From: Lingula anatina
Taxonomy: Eukaryota; Animalia; Brachiopoda
Direction of reading: 5' to 3'
Assembly: GCA_051362555.1 (NCBI GenBank)
Contig: CM120640.1
Span: 63,962,788-64,026,787, forward strand
Length of the DNA: 64,000 bases
Under the pieces are notes generated by a model. The model had not been told where the DNA came from and did no database searches. It saw only the letters and a program-made list of their open reading frames with translations. Numbering within the stretch: the stretch's first letter is position 1; each line of letters opens with the position of its first letter. The translations under genes were made by a program, and so were the position numbers. This document shows, in pieces, positions 37,335 to 51,000 of this stretch.

Positions 37335-40300
37335 CGTGTGTGTGAGAGAAGTTTAAACTGTAAAAAGTTTAAGAAGGAGTGAAAATGTATTGAGATAGCA
37401 GAAAATTACAAAAAGTTCCAAGTGCATTTTTATTCAGTATTTTTTTAAAATAAAAAACAATAACATAGTCCTCTGTGTCAGTTATCATTACACAGACAGA
37501 CAGGCAGGGTGCTGGATTATCAGGACATTCCCTTGCTTTTTGTGGTTCATGTGGTAAGCTGATTCAAAGAAGACAATTACTGATACTTACATATGACATG
37601 ATATAACATGATATGCACTTAATTTAATGCTTTGTACCTACTGTAGGTGTTTTCCACTACAGGTGATATGTACTTAATGTAGTCCTTTATACTTACTGTA
37701 GATACTTTCCACTACAGGAATCTGTAAAATTTCTGTTTAAAGGAACATATTTGTATAAACACTGACATTTGTGTGTTATACAGCTTACCTGTTTCATAAC
37801 AGTGTGGCTTTCATGTTTAAATGATAAGCACAACTTGATCAGCTAATACTGGCTTCCACTGCTGTATTACAACAGTTAACAATGGTCAGCTGATTGAGGT
37901 TTACAAAAAAAACTTACTTAAAATGATATGATTTTGGGCTCTGGTTATTTGATCTATCCCACATATACTAGTTATGTTGGATTTCAAAGAGACTGGATGC
38001 TGTTATTTTAAGATTTTAGAGTTGTACAAGAGGCTCCATCTGTCCTGCTGTTCCAGGAATGGCTGATCTCATCTCAGCCGTCATCTGCTGTCAAAAATGC
38101 AATTAAACTAATCTCTTTCAGGTGCCCTGAACAAACCAAGTGATTAAGACCAGAAGGATTTTGTAGATTAAGCAGCCCATATACTGTCAATTAATTAATA
38201 TTTGATAAGGTACAAGTACATATCCCTACTATTCTGTGGACTGTAATAATAGCTGGTGCTTAGTAGCCTTAGTAGGGCCGTGCCTGTTATAAAGGTGAGA
38301 TGCATTGTGTGTGTAAGTGTCACACTATTTGCTTTATAAGATAAAGACAATTAGAGTAAAGTATTCCTCTGTTGCATGTGTGTGTGTGTGTGTGTGCTTG
38401 TAAGTGTGAGTATTTCTAAGGAACAAAAGAAATCACCACTTTTGTGATCTAAGCATTCATAAATTTCTGTTGGGTGATTTTTTTTTTGTAGTTGGTATCT
38501 CAAAAAATAGGATTACATGTTTTGCTGCATTGTGGCAGCAGTTTCTGCATACTTTAGGTTCATGGTTAGCAGATGTAATCATCTTGTGGGGTTGCTAAAT
38601 AAGGTTCTGCTGTTCATGTTTAGATACATGTACTCAGACATCAGTTGCAGCTGGAACAGGATTGTTATATGCCATAGGTATGGATTAGTCTCTCTTATAG
38701 ACTGAAATTATATCACCGTAGCTTTACTACAGTGAACTAGCTATATATTATTTACTGATATTTCCTGTTAAAAGTTCTCCACTTTTCAGAAGAGGCGCCT
38801 GTGTTGAGAGTTAATTGAAGGAAATGCCTTTTCAGAATGTGAAAAAGAACAAATGCTCCAGTGTTTTCTTTTTTACCATGTTTTTATTGTCTTTCAACAA
38901 ATCTGATAATAATTATATTTTGGGTTCATAAAAACCCAAATTTTACTGTAGAAGAAAAAGAAATAAGAAACATGCAACTTACCTAGTATTTTTTTACCAT
39001 TTGCTCTGAGCAAAAGATAAATAGATGCAATGAAAAAGATACAGACTGTAGATTGATTTGGTTCTCTTTTTTGTTACAGGGAAGGAATTTTCAAGTGCCC
39101 AGAGGATGAACTGCCTCTAGATTTCGCCAAGGTAAGCAAAATAATTGATATACTTATTACATAACATTGCATTAATCGAAAGTAAGTCATTTGGTTGTAG
39201 ATGTATAGACGCATCTTAAATCAATAGCATCATTAAGGCAGACACATTTCACATTTTAATGTTGTAAGTTGAAGTGATACTGTGGTTAAAGTTAAGTTGG
39301 TTAGGTATGCCGCACATCAGTGCTTGTCAAGTAGCAGTATGCTTGCATTCAGTGGGCCTTGATGTCAGGCACATATTTGTGGCCTCTTTTTCCTTCCAGG
39401 GACGTAATTATTGTCACATTGTCGTAAACTGTAGAACTCACGTATCTCTGTCACATGCTGTGATCTTGTTTTATTACTGGTAAATTGACATTAAAGGCAG
39501 CACATGCTATGTTTTTAAAGGAATAACTGTGGTCTGTCTTGTAATTGTCAGTTGTGTTTGGGAAAGTTTGTCTGTTAATTTGGAAGACTAATGGCATTGT
39601 TTTCAGGTCAAGGGCCTTCTTGTAATGGGGTGTCTGGTCCTATTTAGGACAGAAGGAAGCAGAGATGAGCATGGGCTCCTTTGTCCTTTTTTTAACCTTC
39701 TGCATTGCATTTGTAAAATGTTTTTATAACTTCTTTAAAATCAAATAGTATATTCTTCAGTAGAAATGTAAGTCTGATTTGATTATCAGCATTGTATACC
39801 TGGAATTGTTAAGCAGTTGGAATGCTTTTCTTGATTCCTACTGTCTTCTTTGAGCAGTGTAATACCCTCAAAAAGGCAGCAATTCCTTATAAAACACTTA
39901 TATTCAAAAACATAAGTTGAGTATTTGACTACAACACTGAGGTGCCAAAGCAGAAAAAAAGCCTCTGTCAAATTTTACACAATTAAAATGAGCAATAGAT
40001 TATCAGGGGGTAAATATTCCCAAAGAAAATTGATTTTGTAAATTTTTTAACGTGTTTGAAATTATAGCGATTTCCTTTTTTAAAAAGAAAAACCCATATT
40101 TGAGACTCCCTTCTCAGAAAAAATATCTCAATTTCATCCATTCTTATGACATGCTACAAATAATATAGCCGCTTTTTTGGCTAATTTCTATAACCAAATT
40201 CCAGTTGCAAAAATATTTGCACTCATATAAATAAATCTACAAGGCTCGATGAGATGGTTGAACTGCCTGTGCTTTGTACTGAGAACCTTACACAGAAAAC

Positions 40301-43300
40301 TTATTAGTGCAGGTGTTTCCTTATAAGAAATTCTGTTTAATAACCTACAGGATGTGTTTATATAACAACCCACTGTTTAGAAAACCCTGAAAGCAATGAA
40401 AACTGTGGCAAAAAACAAGATACACAAGCTATCATTGTTTTGTGAACAGTCGTCACTTCAGGATCACAAGACCCTTAGATGGATTTTTTGTGGCATTTTT
40501 TAGACCACCGCTAGAAAGGCTATCATGCTGGAGGTGATGATTTCTGTGCATATTGCATCACATACAATGTGGAAGATATGAGATGTAAAATTCTGTTTTA
40601 AAAAGCATTTGTCATATATCATCTCCAACCTAATGCATTCACCTGCACCATGCCTGCACACACATAAACGTGCAAGCATGCACATGCTCTCTTTCTCAGC
40701 ACACTACAAAAGTCATAAAAATGTAGTAGGTATTGATTTCTGAAGATAAAGGCATCTGAGATGCAGTACAACCTTTATGATTGAATTTCATGGTCATAAA
40801 AGATGAATATATATTGTGATGACTATTGCATGACATATTGACCCATTGACCTGTGTGGTGTGATTTGGACAAGACTCACAAAAGCTCTTGTACTGCTGTG
40901 AAACAGTGATTCTACATATGACTTTCTGAGTGAGTGACACATGTACACAAGTAAGTGAAGCTCGTTGTTTTTCACTGTTTGTGGATATTTAATTTGCATG
41001 AAAAAGGAAAAAAGGTAATTAATTCTTTTTGAAGGCATTCATTGTAAATGTGTGCACCTACGTATTTGAGTAAGATTGAAATTTGTACAATTATTAATCT
41101 TATTTTAAATAAAAAGCATATAATTTTTAGTTCCTAACCCCCCCCTTAAAAAAAAGAAAAATTGTTTTTATAAGATAATGACATGAATTTTGATGATATT
41201 AAATGATGCCTAAGTGGATATGCATGTTGGAAAATTGCCACAGGGAAAATTAATATTTCCCAGTTGTAGGTTTTGTAAATGTTATGCTGCAACCTTTGTA
41301 TTCTTGCAATGATCAATGCACTAGCTCCAAATGATTTTTAGTCTTCTGAAGCTTTGATGCTCAGATGAAGTAGCTTATTAAAGTTTGATATGTATTATGT
41401 TTCAATTTCTAAGTGAATAAAATTAAATTTGATTTATGACTGACAGAAAAGAGATGCTGATTAAAAGGAAATTTTGCAGTCCATCTTGTGAGTTAAAGAG
41501 GCAGGCAAATCATTATTGACTGTAGTTCTTGCAGACTATATTAGAACGTACCAAGTTGACCTTCCTCAACTGTACTCCATCTTGACAGGCTGCTGTCTGA
41601 CCTATCCTTCCCATCAACATATCAGCAGATGAAGCAAGTTCTTACAATTTTTGTAGGTATTTTTCTTATCTGCAATAACAAACATCTTGGCATGCTTTTC
41701 CTGCAAAAATCTGATAACTGGCTCTGTTGATGGGTGATGTCAACAAGTTGTGGTCATCATGAAACTGTATACTGGACCTTGCCATTAGCACTCTCATTTA
41801 GAGTTAAAAAAAGAAACATTTGTCACAGCAGATGAGATTTTGACAGTGAGAAAAAGATGTTAAAATAAATGACAACTGTGTGATGTCCATAATATTTATA
41901 ATTAATTTTAAAGCAATAATAAATTATTAATAATAATAAATTAAAAATAATTAATTATTAAAAATGATTAATGAATGGAAAGCATTCACAAGAACAAGTT
42001 TCATCCATAATACTGTATGTAATGGTATATGACATTATGTGAATCCCATTTTAATAGAGATTTTTTAGGAAACCATTTGTAACATGCTAGTAAATTTACA
42101 TACAGCTCCACCACATAGATAGTTTCTGTAACATGTACAATTTGTTCATTTAAACATGGAGAACAGCCTTGTGTTCAGCAAATAGCTGTACTCGTGTAGG
42201 GAAAATTAATGGCAGTTCGTGTTGAATTTCATGATCCTTCAGGTTAAAGTAGCAATTATCACTCTCTTCCTGGGGAAGAGGATCTGCCTACGTCAGCATC
42301 AGCCCAAAGGAAATTGCTTCCAAGGCCATTAACGGTGGCTTTTTCCCCTACTCTGTCTACTAATTACCACAATATACGGATCACACCAAAGAAAATACAT
42401 TTCCACTGCGGACATTTTCATGATTAGATTAATAGGTATCATGGGCCCATGCATATAAACTCTTTGATTTCTAGAGGGCTCATTAGTATAATGTCTCATC
42501 TGCCTGTGGATGAACGTTCACAAGGAATTTGCATTAAAACAGATATACTTTGTACCTAATTGGTGAAAATCACATGATACATCTAATGCCTTCCATTTCC
42601 CATCCTCAAGTACACATCATGGTATATAATTAGTACCACCAGCGTGTACGCTGGCGGTACTCATGGTTTTAGTCCCGACCCGTCTCGTACGGCTCCGCCG
42701 GCTCCTGCGGCTCCTGCGGCTCCGCCGGCTCCTGCGGCTCCGCCGGCTCCGCGTACTGGCGCCGGATACAAGTCACCGTTACCGCTTCTCCTCCTAGACT
42801 GCAAGGACCCATGTTCCCATCTCTTGGATTTAGGTCACATATAATCTCAACTTGAACCCCCTGTTCTTTTTGTCTCAGTCAGTGCATTGGCCTGGGCATG
42901 ACGCGCGTTGAAACACACCCTTGTCAAAATTTTTGAAAAGTCAATGCCAAATATCTGCCAAATCGAAGGAATTATGGGAAAAATTACTATAGAAGTCTGA
43001 CCAAAAGTCATATGTGAAGATTCCAAATATGCCCTTGGATTTGGTTTTTGACCTTTATTTCAAGGTCAAACGGGCCAAAATTTTCTAAAAATCTTAATTT
43101 TTTGCGAATTTTTTTTATTTCTGCTGATTTTCAGAAACTACACAGATCTAACCTATAATATTATGAGTAGTTGTTACCCTTTGGGTCATCTTTCATATTT
43201 TTGAGTTTGGGGTCAATCGGTGCATTTTCATGGGAGTAGCGGCCAAAACTGAAAACTTTCTCTAATTCTGGAACCATTAATGCTAGAGACCTCTTGTTTT

Positions 43301-44976
43301 TTGCATTTTGTAGAGCTTATCAAGTGCAACACAGAAGGTGGTGTCCATTTTTCCTTTTTCGATTCGGCTTAGGCGTTGCATTATATCACAAAGTTCAGTA
43401 TTCGATATTCATTGGTGAAAATAAAATGTGAAATACTCCAAAATTAGCTGAGATACCCCCATAATTACTATTGAACTTGAATAGGAAGTCGTATACTGGT
43501 AATCTGACTGTGACCTTGAAATTGACCTTTGACCTACTTTTCACCATGAACTGCACTTTGCAAGTTTTCTGATCTTTATATCTCCAAAACTGGCAAAGAT
43601 TCGCCCATAGGTACTATTGAACTTGAATAGGAAGTCAAATACTGGCAATTTACTGTGATCCTGACGTTGATCTTTGACCTAATTTTCACCATGAACTAAA
43701 CTTTGCAAATTTTCCAGACCTTATATCTCTAAAACTATCAGAGATATGCCCATAGTTACTGTTGAACTTGAGTAGGAAGAAATATACTGGCAATCTTACT
43801 GTGACCTTGAAATTGACCTTTGACCTACTTTTCACCATAAATTGAACCTTGCAAATTTTGTCACCCTTATATCTCAGAAAACTGACAGAGGTAGGCTCAT
43901 AGTTGCTACTGAACTTAAATAGGAAAGCATATACTGGCAATCTAACTGTGGCCTTGAAATTGACCTTTGACTTACGATTTATGATGAACTGTATTTTGCA
44001 TGTTTTCTGGCCTTTATATCTCCAAAGTTGGCAAAGAAATGCCCATAGTTACTATTGAACTTGAATAGGAAGTCTTATACTGTGACCTTGAAATTGACCT
44101 TTGACCTTCTTTTTCACCATGAAGTAAACTTTGCATATTTTCTTGCCCCTCATATCTTCAAAACTAGCAGAGATATGCCCAGTGTTGCCCCTTGGTTTTC
44201 TTTTTTATCAGCAAATATGCAACACTGATAATACATTTTGAGGAAAACCAGTAGGCCTTTTGTCTAGAAAATTACAGGAGTGATCAATGTGAGGAAAATA
44301 CAGGTCAATTTGAAAATTGATAGGACCATTTTTACAGTTTTTTTTTTTTTTTTTTTTTTTTTGATAATTCTTGTTTATTGCATTGTCAAGCACAAGACTG
44401 GTAGTGGTGCCCCTTTTTTTCGGTTTTCCATACGAATGAGCTTACTCCAGCTGGTGGTACAATATCCAGAGGCGGTATCGCCTCTCTGATCCTCTAGTTG
44501 GTTAATGTTCTTAAATTTGCCCTGTTTATGTTAGTTGATCTGCATATTGTGACTTTTTAGTCTTGAGCATCTACATATAGCAGTGCCTTTTTGTAATATG
44601 ACAAAGATAATTGTTTAAGTCACATAAATCCTTCAGCATGTAAATGCTGCAACATTATTTATATTATGACCTTTTCATTTGATTAGAAAAAGTGTCCTTA
44701 TATAAATTTTGATGCAAATGATTCAAACTTTTTTCCGTCTTATTTTGCTATTGTTGATCTTATAATTCTCTCTGAACACCAACATGACAGTTTTCTGAAA
44801 ATCTAGTGTTTTCCTAGTTTTAGAATTTCCATGGATGCAGTTATTTTCCATTAAATTTACAGACATCTTTTGAAGTACAATAGCCATTCAAATGACCAGT
44901 GGCATCCATTCTCTTGCTTTTAATTGTTTGGTAGTAATAGATTAAGAAGTTTTTAATGAAGATGATGAAGCCTATT

Positions 44977-45064
<88 letters not shown>

Positions 45065-48000
45065 CCCCAACAGGAGTAAGGGCACACAGCATTATTATTG
45101 CATGGTGAAGTGTTCAGACATGCAGAGTTCAACTCTGTGCAACAGTTTGCAGACTTATTAATTCCAAGGGCTCAAGTCCTATAATGTAAGACAATGGAGT
45201 AAGTTGAGATCTGATACATTAATTAGACATTGTCTGCATTCAGGTTTTTGTTTTTACATTTTTGTCATTAAGCCTATTGGTGAGGTCCATATAAAAAGAG
45301 CAGAGAATAGTGCACTGTCTATGAAGTGTTTTGAACATTGACAGGTGGTCCTTTGGCAAAGGAATGAGCTGTGTTAATACCTTGAGAATAATGCAGTGTG
45401 TACAGAAATGGTAGCTCTCAAACTTTTAGTCTGCCAGGTGCTTAGATTCCCAGGTTGTCTTATTGAACAACCTACATTTTGTGGGTGTGTATAGAGACAT
45501 CATTTCTGTTACATTGCTGTGGCAAAGGAAGACATAGGTAGGGCAGAATTATGTTACGATGATGATAATTCTGTTAAAAAGGTTTTTCATAGGTGATCCA
45601 GTAACTATTTTTTGCAGAGACTGATCACCATCTATTATTACTTGCATTTGAAGTTTTTTATATTCAATTAAATTTAAACTGATTATATATTTGGGCTAGT
45701 AAATATGGACAAAGTCCTTTTGGACTAAGTGTAAATGCAGTGTACTGGTATTTGGTTAAAAATGTGTGCATATGATTACATTAATGAAGTATGCTTATTC
45801 AAGCATTAAGAAAATTTAATACCTTAGGCTTAACGACAATATGTTCTTGTTGTGAATTGAAGATGGGCGCGCTTATCAATTTAGAAATTTTAGTAAGACT
45901 CAAACCCAAAACATTGAACAGATCACTGATGAGACTTTTCTGACTTTTGTAAGCTTTTGTACTTTCGTGTACGCTGGACCCCCGGTCAATTTTCCTACTT
46001 TTTAAGTGAGGACTGGTCTCATCCCTGACAGATGTGACAGGTTAAATATCAGTATGAAAATGTATGCAACTGCAAAATATATACCATATTTATCTAAAGA
46101 TCCCATTTTACATATGTCATCAGCTTTTTTTATGTACACAATTTACAATTAAGCATTGCACCAGGTTATATATTGTGATGTTGTAGACTATGCCCACCTG
46201 TCGCACCTTTGGTCCAGCACCTTTTGTGACAAGCTCCCCATTCAGACCAGCAACTTATTTTCCTAAGTGGCAAACACTGGTTGTAGTGGAGGTATAAATT
46301 TGAACTCACACATATTGTTTTTTCATTTTTTATTTTATGAAAGTTTTTACTGTTGATGGTTTCAAAACTATTTCTTCACCCTGGAATATATTGCAATAAC
46401 TAGCAGAATTTGTGCCTGTTGTGTCTACATTGCATGCTTATTTATGCTATCTGACAATCATGCGGGTAAGATTGATAAATTGTCACTTTGCAGTTTGACT
46501 TCCCTTTTGGACACAGTGGGCCCCTGGATCACTATATGTAGCCCCACAAATCATGAGATCTGTTCAGACAAGGACTGACTTCTAAACACCAGAATAAGAC
46601 GAGCCAGATGACCAGATTATAAAAGCAAGTTTGTCTCCAGCTGTCCCTTAAAAATGTAAAGAGCCTACATTTCACCTTGCAAATCTTAAAAATCTAACAT
46701 TTAAACCACTGTGGTTGAGTGATGACATGTTTAAGTCCATTTCTTTTCCGAAGTTATCCTGATCTGAATGCATCTCTGAAAATATAGAGATACAGTGGTG
46801 TCATTTCCCCAGTTGACAGTGTGGAACTGCCTTGTACTGTTTGGACATGGACGTAAGACAATACATGTATACTGTGACAAGGGTGCTCTTGTCCATTTAC
46901 AAAGACAGCTGATGTGATGCAATGTAAATGAGTAATACTATGACACAGTTTGAAGAAAACAAAGAAACGTCATGCTGGAAGGTGACAGCTAGAATGCTTT
47001 GTATGTGTCTGATTTATTTAGCTGGTTTTGTTGAATTATGCACCTTTGATTGTCACATCTGATCCTCCCCTGTGGACAGTTTAATTGTTATGTTGTTATC
47101 AATTTGTGCTGCAATAAATTTTCATCTGTGTACTTTTACTTGACGGATTTATATTACCACAAACAGTAAGTTCTGTCTGTGTACAAGTCCTTCTCAGTGT
47201 TAGATTTAGTTTATTACATTAGCCCCTCCTTCCTCCTTCCTTAATTGACTTGTATAGGGTTTATGGTCCTTTTGTTTGGATCAGTAGATTTTATGAAATG
47301 AACTTAGGATATAATGTTTGATTTTGGATCCCTGTGGTTTTCAAATTGGCTTAACAACAATGTCCAGTGGAGTCAAATTGGTTTACTAGATTTAAGTTAT
47401 GTCATGCTTTTGTGAATGTTAAAGTGCGTAATATTTGATAGTGAGGTTAACATATTGTAGATGCCCTTTTTGATACCATCTGTTTAGAAGTTGAGTGCAT
47501 AGTGCATCAAACAAGGGCAATCTTTAAAATCAAAAATCCCTGTTTTGCTTTCAGGTATCTACCAAAATCTAAAGCAACAAAGGTCAAGTTATGTAAAATA
47601 TTCAGCCAATTTATTTAACCCTCTAATGAATGTTTTACCTGATTTAACATAGAGTGGTTCTTATCATAATATAAGGAAATATTATGCAAAGGTACCCAGG
47701 AATCTCTGCAAACAATTGGTTGGTGGTCTGGCCTGGTGTCCCCATAGGGCATAAGCTGAAATGTACAGCCATTGTACTCTATTTAATCATATAGGACTGA
47801 AAGGTTAAGGTAATATTATGATGCCCTTTGTTGGGGATGATTAATCTGTTTCCCATGCACATTTGGGACCGTTTGCAGAACTGTAATTGCATGTTCAAAC
47901 CAGAGTTGAGGTATTAAAAACAATGTCTGTGTACCAAGGAGGCTGGCAGTTGAATGTGTTAATTTGGCTGGATATAACAACAGGGAAAAACAGGCAATAT

Positions 48001-51000
48001 ATTATCTGATAAACCTGTATGTAATAATACATCAGTAATTGTCAGCTTAGGTGTGCATGAAAGCTGCATAACCACAAGATAAATAATTTGCATTGTAGAC
48101 CTGTTGAAGTTATGTGGTCACCATATACATATGGCTGCCTCTTGTTATAGTGAGTCAAAGAACTAGACAGGCAGGGGCATGTACAGATGAAATCAAAAGA
48201 GGCACACCAAATGTCATTGGATAAATTGATGATGTGGAGAGTTATAGTTGGTCGCTGCCCAGGCAGGAAGTTTGTGACATACTGTACAGCAGTCTGAGCA
48301 GTAGCTTTGACAGTTCAGAAATCTTGTGAAGACACCCAGCTATTGATGTAATATATAATATATATGCAGGTATGAATATGACCAGATATGTATTTTTCAT
48401 AGGATAAAGTATAGAGAAATAGATACAGTATGTGTATTATTTGCTTGCTCTTTTTGCTAAGCTGAAGTGTCACAGAAGTGCAGGTACCAGTATGCATGAT
48501 CATTTTGTTGACTCAGTCCGACATAAATTCACAGTAATATGACTACATTTCTGATTGTCATCATACCTGGAAGATAATATGATCCACAGATTAGATTGCC
48601 TGAGGTGTAGCCTGAAGACTAACGCTACTACTGCTTCCCTGCTTACTACAACATTTATGCAGACTGACAGTTGCTTTAAGGCAGGTGCAATATGATGTAT
48701 TAATCAGATAACCATTGGAAGGCTCTTTGTTTCTAGTTTTGCATCATTTATATATGTATACGTGTATATACACGGATAAAACATGAGAGTGTGAAATAGG
48801 TCAACGAGATCTCATCGTAAATATGTACTCCATCTGGGAACAGCTGCCTTGGCATTGCAGAGGACAGTGGACACAAAGGACTGAAGGAAATTAAATACGG
48901 AAGGAAAAAAAATCAGGACTGCCACATCTGCTGGTTGCAGGGGGAAATGCCAACCCTTTCATTTGAAAAGGAAACATTTTAGATTAACTTTTCAAAATTA
49001 TGACTGATACTACGAACTGATACCACAGAATCAGGTGATTTATGTTTTAAGTTATGTACCAAACATACAAGGCCTTGTTTTTTCCCTCTGTTTATTGGTT
49101 ACATATACATAATTTTGTTCTCTTTTCTTTAAAAATGTCTTATTCTCTCCAGATTTATCCAGATCAAGACTTGGAAGTAGAAATAATGAACAGTCTTGTC
49201 CGCTGTAAACATTTCAAAGAAGGTTGCAAGTGGACAGATAAAGCGGCACACTTACAGGTGAGTGTAGATTATAATTTCACACCTTATCATTGAAATGAAT
49301 ACTAATATTCTTAATCTCCACATAATTGCCCCTGTTTACTTTTTTACTCAGAAATTGTTTGGCTGATAAAGCAGTATTGATTCTATCACATCATATTCTG
49401 GAACGTGGCATATTCTCTGTTGTAAAAATCCATTCAAAGGCAGTAAGCCACTTGAGACTTGTGAGCCATGCTGGTTGTACACATGTCAAGAGATGGTTTT
49501 GTGTGTCTACCCCATTACTACAGCTTGTGTAATAAGTGATCATCTGTCAGTGCCCTTCAGATGCATTTGACCTGTCTTTGTTTGTAATCTTTTGGTGTGA
49601 AAACTCCTTACTCAGCAGCTGTATGTTTCTTTTGATGATGGTTCTTTGTGCTTCAAAGTTATCAGGTTTCCTTTCTGTAGTATATATGATGTGATTCATT
49701 CTTTGTAAGTCTCTTCCAACATGATAGGGATGTCCCAGGTAGGTTCCATCATCTATGTATAGTTTAGATAGTAAAATGAAAATGAGATAGGAACTGTAAC
49801 TCTAAACTTTTATCAGAAATACACACAGATCTTGGTTATAAATACGGGTATGTTAAATCAGAGGTGTAATTTGGTGTACTGTGTATACTGTGACTTATTG
49901 GGACATGCATGCAGTTTCTCATTACTTGCTGATTATTGGAGATATTTCTGTTTTCTGGTAAGGCGATAATTGCCCTGTAAAGAAGGGCACCAGTCTACTG
50001 ATTACATGAATGTTATATAAAAGTACACTCTGCAATCAACAGTATTCACATATCTCTCATTGTCCAAGCAATATACTTCTTTTTGTTTTGTTTTGTTTTG
50101 TGTTATATATAACAAATATGATGAAGTAATATAGCGTTTATTCATTGTATCGTATGCATCTACATGGGTAGATGAAAATGTACAATAGGATTGCAATTAT
50201 TAATAAATATAAATTATATTAAATAGTGGTGACTGCTTGTGAGAAAATATGTTATAGTAATATGTTAACATGTTTTCATATTTATGCTTACTAGTATTTT
50301 ATAGGTGTGAGTGCAATATGCAAAATTTAAGTTAAGATAATGTGAAATTGTATTACCACAGTTGGCAAGAGCAACTGATGTTATCTGTAATTTTTGCTAA
50401 GACAAACTTGCTATCTTTAAATCTGATACCTGAAGAAATGCAAATATCAAGTACTCATTAAAACAAAATTAAACCAAAAGGCTCTGAGCCTGGAGGGAGA
50501 GAGGAATCTCATATAATGACAGTTCATATCAACATCCTTATTAAGATAAGAGGGTGACGATGGCTGCACTTTTAAGATGTTTGATGTCTGACAAGATCAG
50601 GAACATAGATCCTTATGATTTAGTGCTTTCTTTTTGTCTTCCATTATGATAAAGTTAAGGCTCAACATTCAAAATTACCCAAGATTACTTACTAAATTGT
50701 ATCATTAACAGTGATTGCCTTAGAGAAAATGCATTCCGATACCTAAGGCGAATATTGCTTTACGGTTCACAGTTAGAAAGCACAGAGTCAGATTAATAAT
50801 GAGCAGTTAGACTGGCAGTTGATAATGAAGGTTGTAAAAATGTGACTGAAAAGGACTGTTGGCACTGTTGGTTTACTTTCCCATGCCAAAACGTGTCCTG
50901 AGGCTGTGGAGACATTAGCCTGCTCTCTTGACTAGAACTATATAAGGATGCTGGTCTCATCATTGTGTCTCTCTTGCTTAGTAGCCTCACCTAGAACTTT

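Noticed and set aside
42644-42844. Pro/Ala-rich ORF
   Set aside because: Translation of the 9-mer microsatellite in the HINE-like element.
43458-44180. Regular repeats as a CRISPR-like array
   Set aside because: Whole units are homologous with no unique spacers; eukaryotic context, internal to a transposon.
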